From Ramazzottius varieornatus (lineage: Eukaryota; Animalia; Tardigrada): a DNA stretch of 64,000 nt. The DNA is taken from contig BDGG01000002.1 of NCBI GenBank assembly GCA_001949185.1, forward strand, positions 2,415,826 through 2,479,825, given 5' to 3'. Positions 49,554 through 62,709 of the stretch are shown here, one piece after another; within the stretch, counting starts at the first letter, position 1; the number at the start of each line of letters is the position of its first letter. The notes beneath the pieces were generated by a model that was not told the DNA's origin, did no database searches, and saw only the letters and a program-made list of their open reading frames with translations. Made by a program: the position numbers and the translations under genes.

Positions 49554-51232
49554 CGAGGGCGATTCTGATTGCTGCGAACGATTTTGAACACGACCAGAAA
49601 AATGGGTAATCAACCAATTTGATTGCCGAGCAAATCAGCTGATAGAAAATTTTGTGGCCGTTTTTTTGATCGTTTTGCTTTTTCCAAAAACTTGATCATG
49701 CCTCCTCCAATCTCTGAGGACCTCAGGGTCCGTATTTTGGCCGTCAGAAGACTTAATTACAGTATACGCATGACTATAAAGAAACTGGCGAAGGAAGGGT
49801 ATACTGTGGTGAAATCTACGGTATCGAAGGTACGAGGTAGAGGACATGGAGTTTTCCAGTGGGAATTTCGGACATGAAAATTTCCAGGTTGTTTTAACGT
49901 AGCTACTGGTCAGATTGCGTCGTACGGTAAGTCAGTCAATAGAGAAAGTCTTTCTGATCATAGCCAAGCCGTCTTCCGAGTCATTTGACGGTGCAAAGGT
50001 GAGAAAGGAAGGTCTGCAGGAGACAGGATGAAATCCAATGTTAAAGAGCCTGGACAAGAAGTAAAACGTAGGCCTGAAGAGGCGCTTGTGTAGTCTTTTA
50101 CGGAGACTTACGCCAAGACGTCACAACAGTCAGATATTGTGGTACCACCCTACACCGCAGTTTGGAAATTTCCATGTCCGAAGTTTCCACTGGAAAACTC
50201 CATGTCCTTTACCTCGTATGGAAAAGCGTCGGAAGCGAATCCTGCAAAACTTCCCCTGCAAGGATACAAGAGAAGAAACCCGGACCACCGCTTATCAGAA
50301 CAGCGACGAAAATCAAGAAAGTCGCTGAGCTCTGCTCGAAGGACAATCCTATCCCACAAAGACGGATGGGGAAGAAGATAGGAGTCTCCTAGCACACGAT
50401 TCACCGCATCATCCACGAAGATTAGGTGCCACCATCCGCAAGAAGCCCAAAGTAAATTTCCCGTCTCAGAAAGCCATCAAACAACGAAAAGGTCGTACCC
50501 TGAATTTCTACAAAACAATTTCAGAGAACCTCGAGCACATTCTTACGATGGACGAAGCTATGCTACCGCTGGACTTCAAGAACGTTAAGACCGATTTCGT
50601 CTACGTGACGGAAAAAAATGGTGAAGATGGTCGAGTAATCCCGACTGCAGTAAAGTCCCCCTCATTTCCGGCCCAACGTATGTTCGCTGCTGGCTATTCC
50701 TACCGTGGTCCGACTCGATTTTACGCTGTCCCCGGGAAAGCCAAAGTCAATGCTGATCTTTTCATCAAGAAAATTCTCAAGCCAATGTTCGATATTGATG
50801 TGCCAAAATTGTATGGAGCTGATGCTTGGAAGGTGATCCTTCACATGGACAGTGCTCCAGCTCATACCGCAAAGAGAGTCGTCACATGGCTCAAATCCCG
50901 AAGGACGAAATCTATTACGAAGGAAGAATGGTTGGCAAACAGCCCGGATGTGTCGCCGATGGGTTTCTTTGCGAACGGCTACCTGAAACAGCGACTCGCG
51001 CAACGGAACTACACCACCGAGAAGGGCATGATAAGAGCCGCACAGGAGGAGTACAAGAAAATTCCTCTTGAGATATTCCAGAAATCTCTCGATTCTTGGC
51101 CTGCCCGTGTTCTAGCGATTCATAAGGCCAAGGCCTTTCAAGCTCCAAATTACTAGAATAAAATCACTGCCGGTGAATTTGTAGTAGATTTTCAAAATCG
51201 TTCGCAGCAATCAGAATCACCCTATCACCCTG
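49554..51232 (+). mobile_element. Tc1/mariner superfamily DD37D (maT-like) transposon; transposase pseudogene 49698-51156
   Basis: ~30-bp TIR (agggYgattctgattgctgcgaacgattttgaa), TA flanks; TMDEA, HMDSAPAH, NSPDVSPMG with 37 residues between the second D and the third catalytic position; stop, frameshift and MITE insertion. Confidence 0.9.
49833..50216 (+). mobile_element. MITE family D, inserted at a TA in the maT transposase
   Basis: ~55-bp TIR cgaggtaRaggacatggagttttccagtgg..; TA duplication; removing it restores the reading frame (VSKV|WKS). Confidence 0.92.
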
Positions 51233-51234
51233 TA

Positions 51235-51753
51235 TAAGGTTGTGCATTCCAAGGTCCATTCCTTTCCATATTCCGTTCCTTTCCAGGAATTCCTTTCCGT
51301 TCCAAGGGGTGAGGGTTTGGAACGATGGAATTTCTATTCTGGAAAACAGGCGAAATCTGGAAAACTAGTAGGAATTTCATGAGGAATTTCGCTGTTTTTC
51401 AGATTTTACAGATATCAGATAAATTAACGGATCACCTGATCGAAGGTCTCCACAAAGATGGTGGGTTTTGTAGGATGCACGGTCAGCTTTTTCGACGTGG
51501 CTGTGATATCTGACGGTTAGCTGGAATACTTTGGACCGAAAAGGCATTCGTCCGCATGGTACAAGCATTATTCGCGTAGAAACTGCACAACTTGATCGAT
51601 TTACCCCACGATAACATACGTTTTCACGGTGTTTTGAAATTCCAAGTTTTCATCGGAGAGTTTTGGAAAAGGAAAAATAGGAGAATAGGAATATCAGGAA
51701 TTCCTTTCCTATTTTCCATTTCAAGATGGTATGGCCTGGAATGCACAACCTCA
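51235..51753. mobile_element. hAT-type MITE with 8-bp TSD GTCTCATA
   Basis: TIR taaggttgtgcattcca..tggaatgcacaacctca; GTCTCATA at 51754-51761 and at 49546-49553. Confidence 0.8.
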
Positions 51754-53537
51754 GTCTCATATATGAAAGGTCTCTGGCCTGCTCGTGATCAGCGTTAGTT
51801 GAGCTGTAGTCTGGGCACTTGTTAGAAAACCATCAGGCCTATGGGAACCTGCGCATCAGAGATCTATGGAGTTGCTGATTGGATCAGACGGTTGCTGGTC
51901 ATTCTTTCTTCGAAAAGAGTAGCCGATTAGCCTCGTCCGGCGATGGCAGGAAGCCTAGAGGTTGTTGCCGGTTCACGTACGTTCATGCGGCTCGACTTTC
52001 GTCGGCATAGCTGGGACTTCAATTCCGCGTCCTTGACTCCTGTTAAGGCTTTTATTGTCCTTTCAGTGACTACTCCCAAGAAACAAAAATCGTAGATTCG
52101 GAGTACACCGAAATAGGGGCTCCTGGGTGTTAGTAGCAATATGTACTATGAGACTAGTAAATTACACATGTGTGCGCATCACATAATCAATCAAGAACGC
52201 ATTTGATTGCTTGATTAATGCGTACGGCGTCGAGTTTTCTCTTCGATTGATTGCTCGAATCTCTTGTTTGTTCGAGCGATTTATGTTCGGCTGATTGTTT
52301 GATTGACTGTCGTCGGTTTCTCGTGATCCGCTTATCCGGAGTGAGGATCAGGATGGACTCGGATTGATGGTCCGGTAGACCCGGACTGACGATTGATACG
52401 ACCGACTTGGTTTGGTCTTTGGTCGAAAGATCGGGCCAAGTCGGTGGCCAGCTGACAGGCTGTCATCTCAGATGGAGGTCCGATTACGTGACAGTCTGAC
52501 GGTCGGTCACGCAATGTCACATCACTGTTTGACAAGTCTTATGTATGCCTTCGTAGCTGTCTAATTCTATCGTTCAGCCCTGCCGTGCGACCAACTTTTC
52601 CGAAACTAGAAGTCTTCGTGCCAGCTCGTTCTGCTTCCGTTCAGCTGGGTGTTTAGGAAATTATGAAGTCCAAGGACAGTCTGTTAAAAGAAAGATTCGT
52701 TCTTCAAATAATATTCAATTGGGAAGTTTTTTACAGACTGAGTCATCAGCGCTTTCACTGAAATTAGCTCCATGTCTCTAAACAGATTTATGAAGTCGTG
52801 CAGGCCAACTTTGCCATGCTTCGCCACCATAGCGAAACTTGAGAAGATGACAGGTGACTTTTCCGGTGCTTGTGGCTAGAACTTTGGGGCTTCCAGGAGT
52901 GCCGTTCCGGATTGATCATTCTTGCCGCCGTGATTTCGACTGTGATACTCTTCACACTTACGTCAGCCTTTTCGTCATTTGCTGCAGGTTTGTCTTATAG
53001 CGGGCTTTACATTGTTTGGCGTCTTGGTTTCAAAACTCAAAAGTACTCGCGAGATGGCCATTCGGTGATTATCTTGTATTAATATTGGTCGAGGCTACTC
53101 GCACGACTTCACGAACTTTTCTCAGTGCCCGACTTGTGGCACATGCACGAACTACAGTATGACAAGACAACTCTAATGCACTGTATTCGATCAGGTTGAA
53201 ACTTTTAATTCCATCAAGCAACGGTGACTTTCTAATGGTGTAGGCCACGAGACCCAATACCTGAAGTTGAGCAGCCGGCTAGATGACACGCCGAACTTGA
53301 AGAGGTAGTGAGAATTCGAGAGTACAACAAGTGTAAGGCTACTGCAAAAGCTACGGCTTGATATTTCAGGTTCTGAGCTGAGTACCACCTTCTAGAGCCG
53401 TAGGTGCCACCACTTCGAGGCTTTGAAGTGCACAACTTCAGATTCGCCCTTCTTAGAACAGGTGGCTCATGTTTTCCGGTTCCATGACGCGGAGCTGGCG
53501 GGAAGCCTCTCTCAATCCTCTCATCTTCCAAGCAATA

Positions 53538-54825
53538 TAGAGATTAAGTTGCCACTCCGGTCCACCTTGCAACTGTAGCTACGGCCTTGCTCCGCCCCTC
53601 TCGTGACGTCTAACTACATTTTGCTTTCCAGAGCTCCCCTTATTTTCGAAAAATAGCGTAATCGGAGTTGCGGTTAGCTAGCATTGGGAAGCATGGTGGC
53701 TGCCCAACTATTCAAAGTTCTGATCAGCTGTTGCGCTTATGAATGACGTTGCAACTCATCATAGCTACAGTGGGACTTTCATCTGGCGGTGGCAACTTGA
53801 TGTCTGTAGTGTCTACAACTCTTACCTCTAAGATCCGCGACTGCGGTGGAGACCCGGTGGCGCTATTGCCCGGCACATGAAGTTTGCCTGAAGTCCAAAG
53901 TCTCCTACACTTTGTCTTTCCTTCAGTGACTCAAACGAGCCAGTTCTGGACTTGAGACATGGACTTTGGACTCGGACTTTGTAGTGACTTCGGAAAGTGC
54001 GTACTGTTTCTGCCTTGAAGTATCCTACAAGGACTTGGTATCCCCCGAGCGCTGTCCCTTAAGGGCTGCTTTGATATATGGGTATCGGCAGCCCAATTTA
54101 CGGGATAACATTTTTAGCTCCGAACCACCCCTTTTTTGACATGAAATTGGAGACAGTATCAAGGGGCATCGAGTGCTAGCTTCGCTACGCTTCGATAAGC
54201 ATGGAAGTTTCACAAAACTGTTTGCCCTTTTGAGAAGATTTCGAGAAGAAATCCTCTCAGAATCTTTCTCGAACTTCTCAAGAATCTACGGATGAAATTT
54301 GACTGAGACTGGACCTATGCCACAACGGTCGGCGGAGCGGAACCCGTTGCCGATGGACGTCTCGATAAGAAGAGAATTATGATACGCGATCAGCACGTGC
54401 GGTCCGTCGATCGCAATGGCGTCGCATCCCGCCTGTCGACAGCAGTCAAACGCAAACCGTAACGAGTCCAACTGACCTACCTGCATTTCAGGGAACCCTA
54501 ACGAGTCCAAATGACCTACCTGCATTTCTGTAAAAATGGACTGTTATTATGGTCATTAGTTTTATTTGATAATCTCTGTTATTAAACATTGTCAAAAAAG
54601 GCTTATCAACGTAAGGCTTGGCTAATCAGCTTTCCTTGAAGACGATCAAGTGGCTGAATCTGGTAAGCAGTAATACCGTTGTCAAAGCATGACGGTTAGC
54701 CCACTTAAGTATTGGACTTGGTACAGTACAGGTCTTGGCCGAACCTAGCCATATCCTGCTGGGACCGATAGCAATGTCCAAGGATCCATCGATCGGTCCG
54801 TGGTTAGCTGACGATCTCTCAGGTT
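53538..54825 (-). repeat. Inverted copy of 1180-2432, including MITE family A copy 4 (53538-53806) and an internal ~39-bp tandem duplication
   Basis: Direct sequence comparison. Confidence 0.95.
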
Positions 54826-55038
54826 TCATTAAACTTGTTGTATCATTCAATCGACGAGTAGTACAACGACACTGAATACCGTTTTCAAGAGGCAAATTAC
54901 AGGTAAACAACTTTCAAGCAGCAGTCTGAGCGCAAAAGCAGAGATGAGTAAGAAAAGATAATGTAATAAAATTTTCTGTTAAATCCAACCCAGAAAAGTA
55001 CAAAATTAACAGTGCCTGACTGATTATTGATGATCACA

Positions 55039-56835
55039 GGTGCAACTTCTTGTATTCACTGCATGACCGTCGCTCTTACCGCTCCGCCTGGAGCAGAATG
55101 GATTATGGCGACAAACAGTTATGCTGACGGAACACGATTTATGAACAGTAGGTGCAATTCCCCTGATCCAGGCGCTGTAAGCAAGAACTCGGTGAACTCT
55201 GTGGATGCTTTCGGTGGAGCAGCCGACGACTATGTCTGTCATGCATATCACAGAAGTGCTGCGACGGGGCCACAATGTAAGTGTCCTTCGGTTGAAGTAT
55301 CTAGGTTCTTCATATTAGTGGCAAACACATATCTTTGAGATCCTTCGTGTAATATCAGTGCAACGGTTTCCGATAACGTCGTTCAGATGCTCGAACCGTA
55401 TGCGCAACGAAATTTCGTTGAATCACGAACACGCGCCTGGCCTAAGCTTAATCACTGGCATGGACGTAATGAGTCTTGATTCTCAGAAAGCGGTTTTTCG
55501 CGTGTTTCGCAATTGTTCAGGAGAAGACTTTTTCGTTTTTGTACCAAAGTGGTCAGTCGAAATATAGATATCTTGTAGATAATTAAATGGGCAATCGAAC
55601 GTAAGGAACAGAAGTTCCGTCCGATAACTGGTTACAGAGTTATGGGAGCAAGCAGATCGGGATTCAGTATTCCAGTGCTTCATAAACTGCGCCTGTGATG
55701 TCGTCGTACCCGCAAAGCATCCCTACGAGGTAAAGGACATGGAGTTTTCCAGTGGAAACTTCGGACATGGAAATTTCCAAACTGCGGTGTAGGGTGGTAC
55801 CACAATATCTGACTGTTGTGACGTCTTGGCGTAAGTCTCCGTAAAAGACTACACAAGCGCCTCTTCAGGCCTACGTTTTACTTCTTGTCCAGGCTCTTTA
55901 ACATTGGATTTCATCCTGTCTCCTGCAGACCTTCCTTTCTCACCTTTGCACCGTCAAATGACTCGGAAGACGGCTTGGCTATGATCAGAAAGACTTTCTC
56001 TATTGACTGACTTACCGTACGACGCAATCTGACCAGTAGCTACGTTAAAACAACCTGGAAATTTTCATGTCCGAAATTCCCACTGGAAAACTCCATGTCC
56101 TTTACCTCGTTGGGGAAGTAGGTGACAATTGCTGCCTGCAACTGGTAAGGCCTTACGCGTACGATCACGTCAATTTGAGGTTCACGAAGCCGTACAAGGT
56201 GGGAGAAAGTTCCCATTCTTAATCAAGATATTTCTTGTCAGCTCATACTTGATACCACTTGATAGTCCTAATTTTGCTCCACAACCTGAGGTTAGAATCG
56301 TCAGAATCGGAATTAGGACCAAAAACCGCTTATCTAAATATCAAGACTCAAATCATCGGCAGCCGGCCGAAAGCGCCAGTGGCCAGCAAAAACGAATAAC
56401 CGTTGCCGCTTTCGACCGTCTGCCAGTGATTTTGTGAATGCCAATGATTAGGTCAGCGACGTTTATAGTTCTTTCTGTTTTACAGATGATGTGGTGGTGA
56501 GAGGCTATTCCAAAAAGAGTCAAATGACCGTCCCGAATTACATACCTGCCTCAGTCAAAGATAAGCTTCTGCAGACGAATGGTCCGGTATGCTACAGTGT
56601 ACCAGATTCCACAGACACCTTAGACCCCGTCTGCCTTTGTCACACCGTTTTTAATGCGTGTAACTTCACACTACCCTGCTTGCCCAGCAATTCGGGCGCC
56701 ACGGTAGGTCAACTTTTGCACTATGTACTCTGGCCGGACAAAACCAAAGAGGACCCACATGCATATAAAGTGTACGCAAATTTAGCTGTTGAAAATGGGT
56801 GGGACGATGCTGGCTGGAGCTTATTTGTCGTCTGA
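55039..56835 (+). CDS. Ly6/uPAR three-finger-like (quiver/sleepless-like) Cys-rich protein; two exons seen (55039-55276, 56486-56835), signal exon not identified
   Basis: CIHC..RCN..YVC..VVRGY..VC..VCLC..ACN pattern; phase-1 intron joins the two exons. Confidence 0.5.
55726..56109 (-). mobile_element. MITE family D, copy 2 (reverse), intronic
   Basis: Essentially the reverse complement of 49833-50216. Confidence 0.92.
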
Positions 56836-56993
56836 CCAATGACAACTATGGCTCCCGCACACGTGAATTTGATTGGCTGCTTCCATCTGGCTTCATGTAA
56901 TACCCATTTTTGACGGTTAATTTTCGCGTATACCCCTGTCATGGCGATGCGCTAAAGTCCAACCGAGACCAACCACGTTGATCATATCTGATT

Positions 56994-57066
56994 AGATCAG
57001 ATCAGATCAGATCAGATCCGATCCGATCCGATCCGATCCGATCCGATCCGATCCGATCCGATCCGA
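56994..57066. repeat. Compound pentanucleotide microsatellite (AGATC)n(CGATC)n
   Basis: Direct reading. Confidence 0.95.
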
Positions 57067-57069
57067 CCA

Positions 57070-59170
57070 GATCCAGAGCCACCGTACGAAGACGACAGTG
57101 CTCCTGCAGATAGTTTCCCACAACTTGTAGTTGTTACATTTCACTAACTCCTTCCGATAAATATTCCTGGAGGTAATGATGAGACAGAAAATTCTCCCGG
57201 AAAGATTGCGGTTATTCCCTGCCAGTGCGCAGATCAAAATCCTTATGCAACAGGCCGTGTGTGGTGCTGAAGAACAGGCACGGGTTGACGTCCTGATCCA
57301 AGAAAGGTTCGAGTATTCGTTCCACGCTTTGCAAACCCTGAAAGAAAGTCTTGTACGAATGTCACGCAAAAAGGAACCCACAAAACCCGATTCAGGACTG
57401 CTCGGAAAGTCATTCACAACCTGCAAACCGAGTTTATATTCGACATCAAAATACTTTAAGACAGGATATCCAGCTGCAGGGCGGGATGAATGACTCCACT
57501 CATCTGGACGCTCAACCCACGACCGATCCTCCAACGTCTCTGAATTACTGTTCGATCAGCTGTTTACTTTCTGCGTCACCGGTCAAAAACTCGATTTTGA
57601 CCCTGCCCCCTTTTAGAGTAACCTGTTTGCCTGCACTGTTACACAGCGCAGATGCGGAAAGGAATGGCGAATTATCGGAAACGCTGCTCTCGTCCTTGTT
57701 TGCCGGGTGCCCAAATCCAGGTCTCTTGTTGAGAGATCCCAGTTGGCAGGCTGCTAAGCCAGCTCCTGAATAATGGAAACGCTGACGCGATACGATCTTC
57801 ATGTGGATGCACTGCTGTAACCAGATTTGGCCGATCGTTTTCCATCACGGAGTTAGGATTGTGAGTTGTGGAAACTCGTCAGTTCTTCGTGTTATATTCC
57901 AGCTCCCACTTCTTGGCTCACGAGAACTGAGACAAATTCTCACCCGGAGTCTGTTCGGTTGGCAATATGCCTTCGGTGGTGCAGTTTTCGTCATCCGGTC
58001 CTGCCGGCAAGTTATACCATCCCGCAGTACGACTAATTGATTTCAAAATTCTCACTGAAACGAGAGATGGTTGTTTACAAGGTGGGTAGATTTCGACGGT
58101 TCCTTGCCAGCTGGTGCAATAGCAGTGGCGCCACCTGGCAGACAGATAGTCACAGTCAACCGCGGCTCTTGACGAGGAGTTCTCGTTCTTGAAGGTTGTC
58201 TGATCGGTTCCACCTCTAGAAAGGGATAAACCGCTTGTCGAAAGCTCTTCGGAATCGGCATCTTCGTTGATGACGGAAGACTGCGAGTGCAAGGTCGCGG
58301 GCTCGCAGGGGTTTCCGTTTTGAGTCTTTTCGCTGAGGCATCCGGTTTGTCCCGTTTGAAGGCAGCTCCGCGTCTGAAACCGTCAGCTTTACGGCTGAAG
58401 CTGTTTAGTTGTGCTCCTGTGTGGGGCGGATATAAACAGGTAGTTTTGGCCAGTTCGATAACGCCAAGGATCCCACAGACAAATATCGATCATACTGGAG
58501 TAACCAAGTGGGTTAGTCGAAATCATGCTGTCCTCTGCATGATGGCCTTCCGATTCTTCAAGCGTAACGTGTTGATGGGTACCGGCCCCCCTCAACACGT
58601 TACGCAGGTTTTCCTGCGACATACTAGAAATATTTACTCCCCCGCAGTCATCGTTCGAAAACCACGCTGCTATCCGTATTGAATTCTTCCCCTTCTTGGA
58701 CCCGACTGCCCACGTTGGTGTGTGACGCAGCAGTGGTGGGTTTCCCGCATGGAGGAGTTTCCATAGGATCGTGAGAGACCTGAACCCCAAACTAGTCTTA
58801 ACAGCTGATGAAAACTGGGTGATTTGGCTCGAGAACTTGAAGTAATCGACGTACAATACGATAAAGTAAGGGTCCTATTTCCCCTCCCTCGCCATACAGA
58901 CTGTCTTTTTCGGTCACGGCCAGCGGTGCCGCGGTGAGCAGGACTTTGCGAAAAAAATATTTTATTCTATATTGCCTTGACCTCACGATGAGCTGGTCGC
59001 TGACTCGGTTAATTTGAGCGAACCCGAATTCTTCTACGAGACGACTCCAAGGGTGCAACGTACGTACGCGGATGATGATGTGGCTCGGCTCGTGACGCTG
59101 CCATTCGTGACGAGGGCCGACGTTGCCATTCCCTGACTGTTTTCCGCAAAGTCCTGTTCGCCGCGGCACC
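57070..59170 (-). pseudogene. Degenerate F-box-like gene
   Basis: VLKYFDVEYKLGL..|RVCKAWNE across a GT-AG intron; surrounding ORFs are fragmented; boundaries approximate. Confidence 0.45.
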
Positions 59171-59399
59171 GCTGGTCACGGCCTAATCAGCAAAAGCACG
59201 GAGATCCGGAGGGACAACAAGAATTTGGAATCTCACACAGTCTTCATAAAAGAATACGATAACAATGGCTTTGATCACTATGATATATCAGGTACAGTAA
59301 TAATTCTCAGTTGTACACTACGTCACACGGACGATTTCTACAAGCTGAAGCCAGCCAGTAGGTGGATTGCGTTCGGCACAAGTATGCGTAATCACATTG

Positions 59400-62300
59400 T
59401 CACGTGACACCTTGCCGTGCTGTAAAGCGGTATCCTGGGTTATTCTCTACGATGACTTCCGTCTTCTGTGGTAAATTCGGATCTCACGGCACTCCCACGA
59501 TTAAAAAGCTCGTCCGTGTCACGGACTGTAGAAGTTATCTCTTCCATGGTCTCGTCGATCGCTATGCCAGTACCGCAGTACAAGGGAGAAGTGGGGAGGA
59601 AACTGATCGTCCGGTACGCGAACGTCAACGGTATCCGGAGCAAGAGCGAGGAAGTCAAGAAGTGGATGGAAGAAGGCAAAGCGGATGTCGTAGCGCTTGT
59701 CGAGACTATGGCAGACGAGGCAACGGTTGATTGTATGTCCTGCGACCTAGACCAGTAGAAGCTCGAGCGACTTGATCGTTTGAACTGCAAGAAGGAGTCT
59801 GAAGGGTCGCGCTAGCAGTCAAGAAGGACATCCAGATCATCAGGATGAAAGAGCTGGAAGTGGCAGGCCTAGAAGTGCTGTGGGTGAAGCTCATAGCGCT
59901 ACGGATGAACCTGCTGCTGGAAGTCGTCTATGCCCCTGGCTACGACGTGGAAGCCTTCAGCAAGCTGCGCACCTCCATGGAGCGTATTCCTCCTCACCTT
60001 CGGCGGAACATCGTACTGGTCGGCGTTTCAACTGCCCGAAGCTAGACTGGACATCCAACGTTAGCGGAGCGTCAGAACGAGAAAGAGATCTGCTTTCGCT
60101 GCGGAAAGCTCTGGCAGAAAGTGCAAGAATGTACAAGGCAAAGAGGCAACAGCAGTTCATCATTGGACCTCGTCTTCGCATCTCAAACTAGCCTGGTTCG
60201 CGGGGTGAGGATCATCAAGCCTCCTGCTGCCACGAATGATCATCATGGGATCCATTTCAGTCTAGTGATAATGACGCCAAAATTGACAGTCAGGCCGAAG
60301 AAGATTTGGAAGTCGGACGACGAAGGAGCCAAGAAGTTTCGCTACAGCCTGTCTTCGATTGATTGGATCGGCTTCTTTGATTGGCAGTGTAATAGTGACG
60401 TTGCAGTGGTGTCGTTTCGGGAATTGCTTTTAGCTACGGCCAGAGATTGTCTCCAGCTGGAGTCTGTCGGATCCAAACGCCTTTTACGTCCCTCCCTTTC
60501 GGCTATGACTGTTGAGGGTCTACGGATGTCCAGAGGAGCCTTTCAACAATGGAAAAGGACAAAGGATTCAAAAGATTCGGAAGCGTGGAGGCAGTTGGGG
60601 GCCTGTAACAAGAAGATAATTCGCGCAGACCGATATCGCAAGCTTCGCATTGTCGCTGGCTCATCCAAAAGAAATCCAAGAGCGGTTTGGCAGTATGTGA
60701 AAAAGAACACCGTAAGCAATCCCCTTCCTCCAAACCCCATTCCAGGTAGCGTCGACAGGTACCTAGTCCATCCTCAAGATAGAGCAGATCATATCAGCGA
60801 AGTCTTCATCAAGGAATACGTCGAATGTGCAATCCACTGCAGAGAAAGCCAAACTCCATCCGTGTAACTCCACATTCCACTGCTCTGAACTCCACATCTC
60901 CACTTCCACCGTCCTGAACAACATCCGAAAGTTATATGTCAACAAAGCAGCCGGATCCTCCCTCATTACGAATCGGCTTCTTAAGATCGCGGGCACGTCC
61001 ATCATCTATCCCCTATCAAGACTCTTCAGCCTGATACTCCAGTCGGGAAAATTTCCAACAGCCTGAAAGATGGCAGACGTTGTAGCAGTGCCGAAGAAAG
61101 AAAGCTCCGCCTACCGTCCGACATCGCTCCTCCCACCACTGCCCAAACTCTTCGAAAAGATTCTCGCCGATTATCTGACCCGCTTCCTGAACTCTAACAA
61201 GTTACTTTCTGATTCTCAGTTTGGTTTCAGGCGACAGCGGTCCACGGAGATGCAGCTCCTGCAAATGTCCCATCAATTTGCGCAAGCTCTACTGGAAAGG
61301 AAGGAAGCAGACGTTGTCTTTCTTGACTGTACTAAAGCCTCCGACAGACTGCCGCATGACGTCATCGTCAACAGCCTTCGGAGGCATGGCGTGGATGGTT
61401 GCCTGCTGGCGCTCTTCTCCGACTACTTGAAGGGTAGGAAGTCAGCGAGTCATGGTGGATGGTTTTTTTTCAGGTGAGCGCGAAGTGAAGTCAGCAGTTC
61501 CACAAGGATCGATCCTGGGGCCTGTTCTTTTCACCGTAGCAGTCAACGGCCTGTCAGGAGTCGTCAGCAGGAACTCAAAGCTACTTCAGTACGCGGACGA
61601 CATCGTACTCCACCGCAAAGTCAACAGCGAAGAAGACTGCCTTGCCATGCAAAAAGACCTGGACAGCCTAGCAAACTGGTGCGAAGAGGTGGGCCTAAAA
61701 TCAACCCAAAAAAGTCTCAGCATCTCCGGATCTCTAACAAGAAGAACAAGACTGATTCCAACCAAAAGTTACAACTTCAACGGAGAAGCCATTCCAACTG
61801 AAGCTAAAGCTGAGTGCCTGGGAGTGACGTTTTCGAGGCGTTTAGACTGGACCGGACAAGTGGACAAGGTGGTGGCTAAGTGCAGAAGGAGACTGTACGC
61901 GATCAAAGCCTTTTTCCCTCGGCGCTTTGGTATGGTGAAACAACTGCTGTACAAGAGCATCGTTAGATCGGTGTTGGACTACGCGTTATCGTCGTGGCAC
62001 AGCACGGGAAAAGGTTTGCAGAAGAAGCTCGAAAATATCCAGAAGAAGTTCCTACAGACTATTCGCTTGGGCTGTCTGGAAGGGGACGAGAGGCATGACG
62101 TGGACTTCGCGCAGTACAGAGAACATTTGGCTGAAATGGAGTGGCATCCGCTGTGGCAGAGAAGGCTGGAAGGTATTTTACCGAACGCTTTTAAGATCTG
62201 GAAAGGAATATTTGCAGGTGACGAGCTCATCATGAAGAGAGACATGCCAGGAAGGACAGCAAGAAGTCGGTCCAAAGAATTTCTGCTGTCGCCTGTAAGC

Positions 62301-62630
62301 TTTGCTTCCGCGTCATGTAAACTTTTAGATTCTACCGCAACTTCTTTTACCTACGTGGCCGCAGAAACTTTGAAAGATCCCGTCTTTTGCTCTAGTCCTG
62401 GTTAACTGTTATCTGTTGGCAGCTTTAATAATTATCTGGCGGGATTTTAAATTTTCAAATTTAAAATGGTGTAAGGACTTTGTCGATCCTTTGCTGGTTG
62501 TTTAAATTTTTTTGCTGTACTTTTGTATGGCTCTCGTTTTCCTACGGCTTTCTTGCCACCATTTTTCCAATTTGTCCCCTAAGCGCTATGCCTGACAAAG
62601 CAGTCGAACAGATAAAGGTTATTATTAAGT
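59400..62630 (+). mobile_element. Degenerate non-LTR retrotransposon (APE endonuclease + RT; CR1/L2/Jockey-like)
   Basis: YANVNGIRSK, DVVALVET, LDLVF, NDH; YRPTSLL, QFGFR, VPQGSILGP, YADD, CLGV; several stops and frameshifts; short (TTA)n-like tail; 5' end approximate. Confidence 0.92.
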
Positions 62631-62709
62631 GAGAATTATTACTGTAAGCTCTGCTGACTAAAAGATTAGTCTGACCAGTCGCTCGAGATGTGTACATCGC
62701 TCTTCGATT

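Noticed and set aside
1180-54825. Giant 53-kb transposon bounded by the 1.25-kb inverted repeats
   Set aside because: No TSD at the outer ends. The interior holds ordinary housekeeping genes, and the tandem CYP pair straddles the left repeat in the same orientation.
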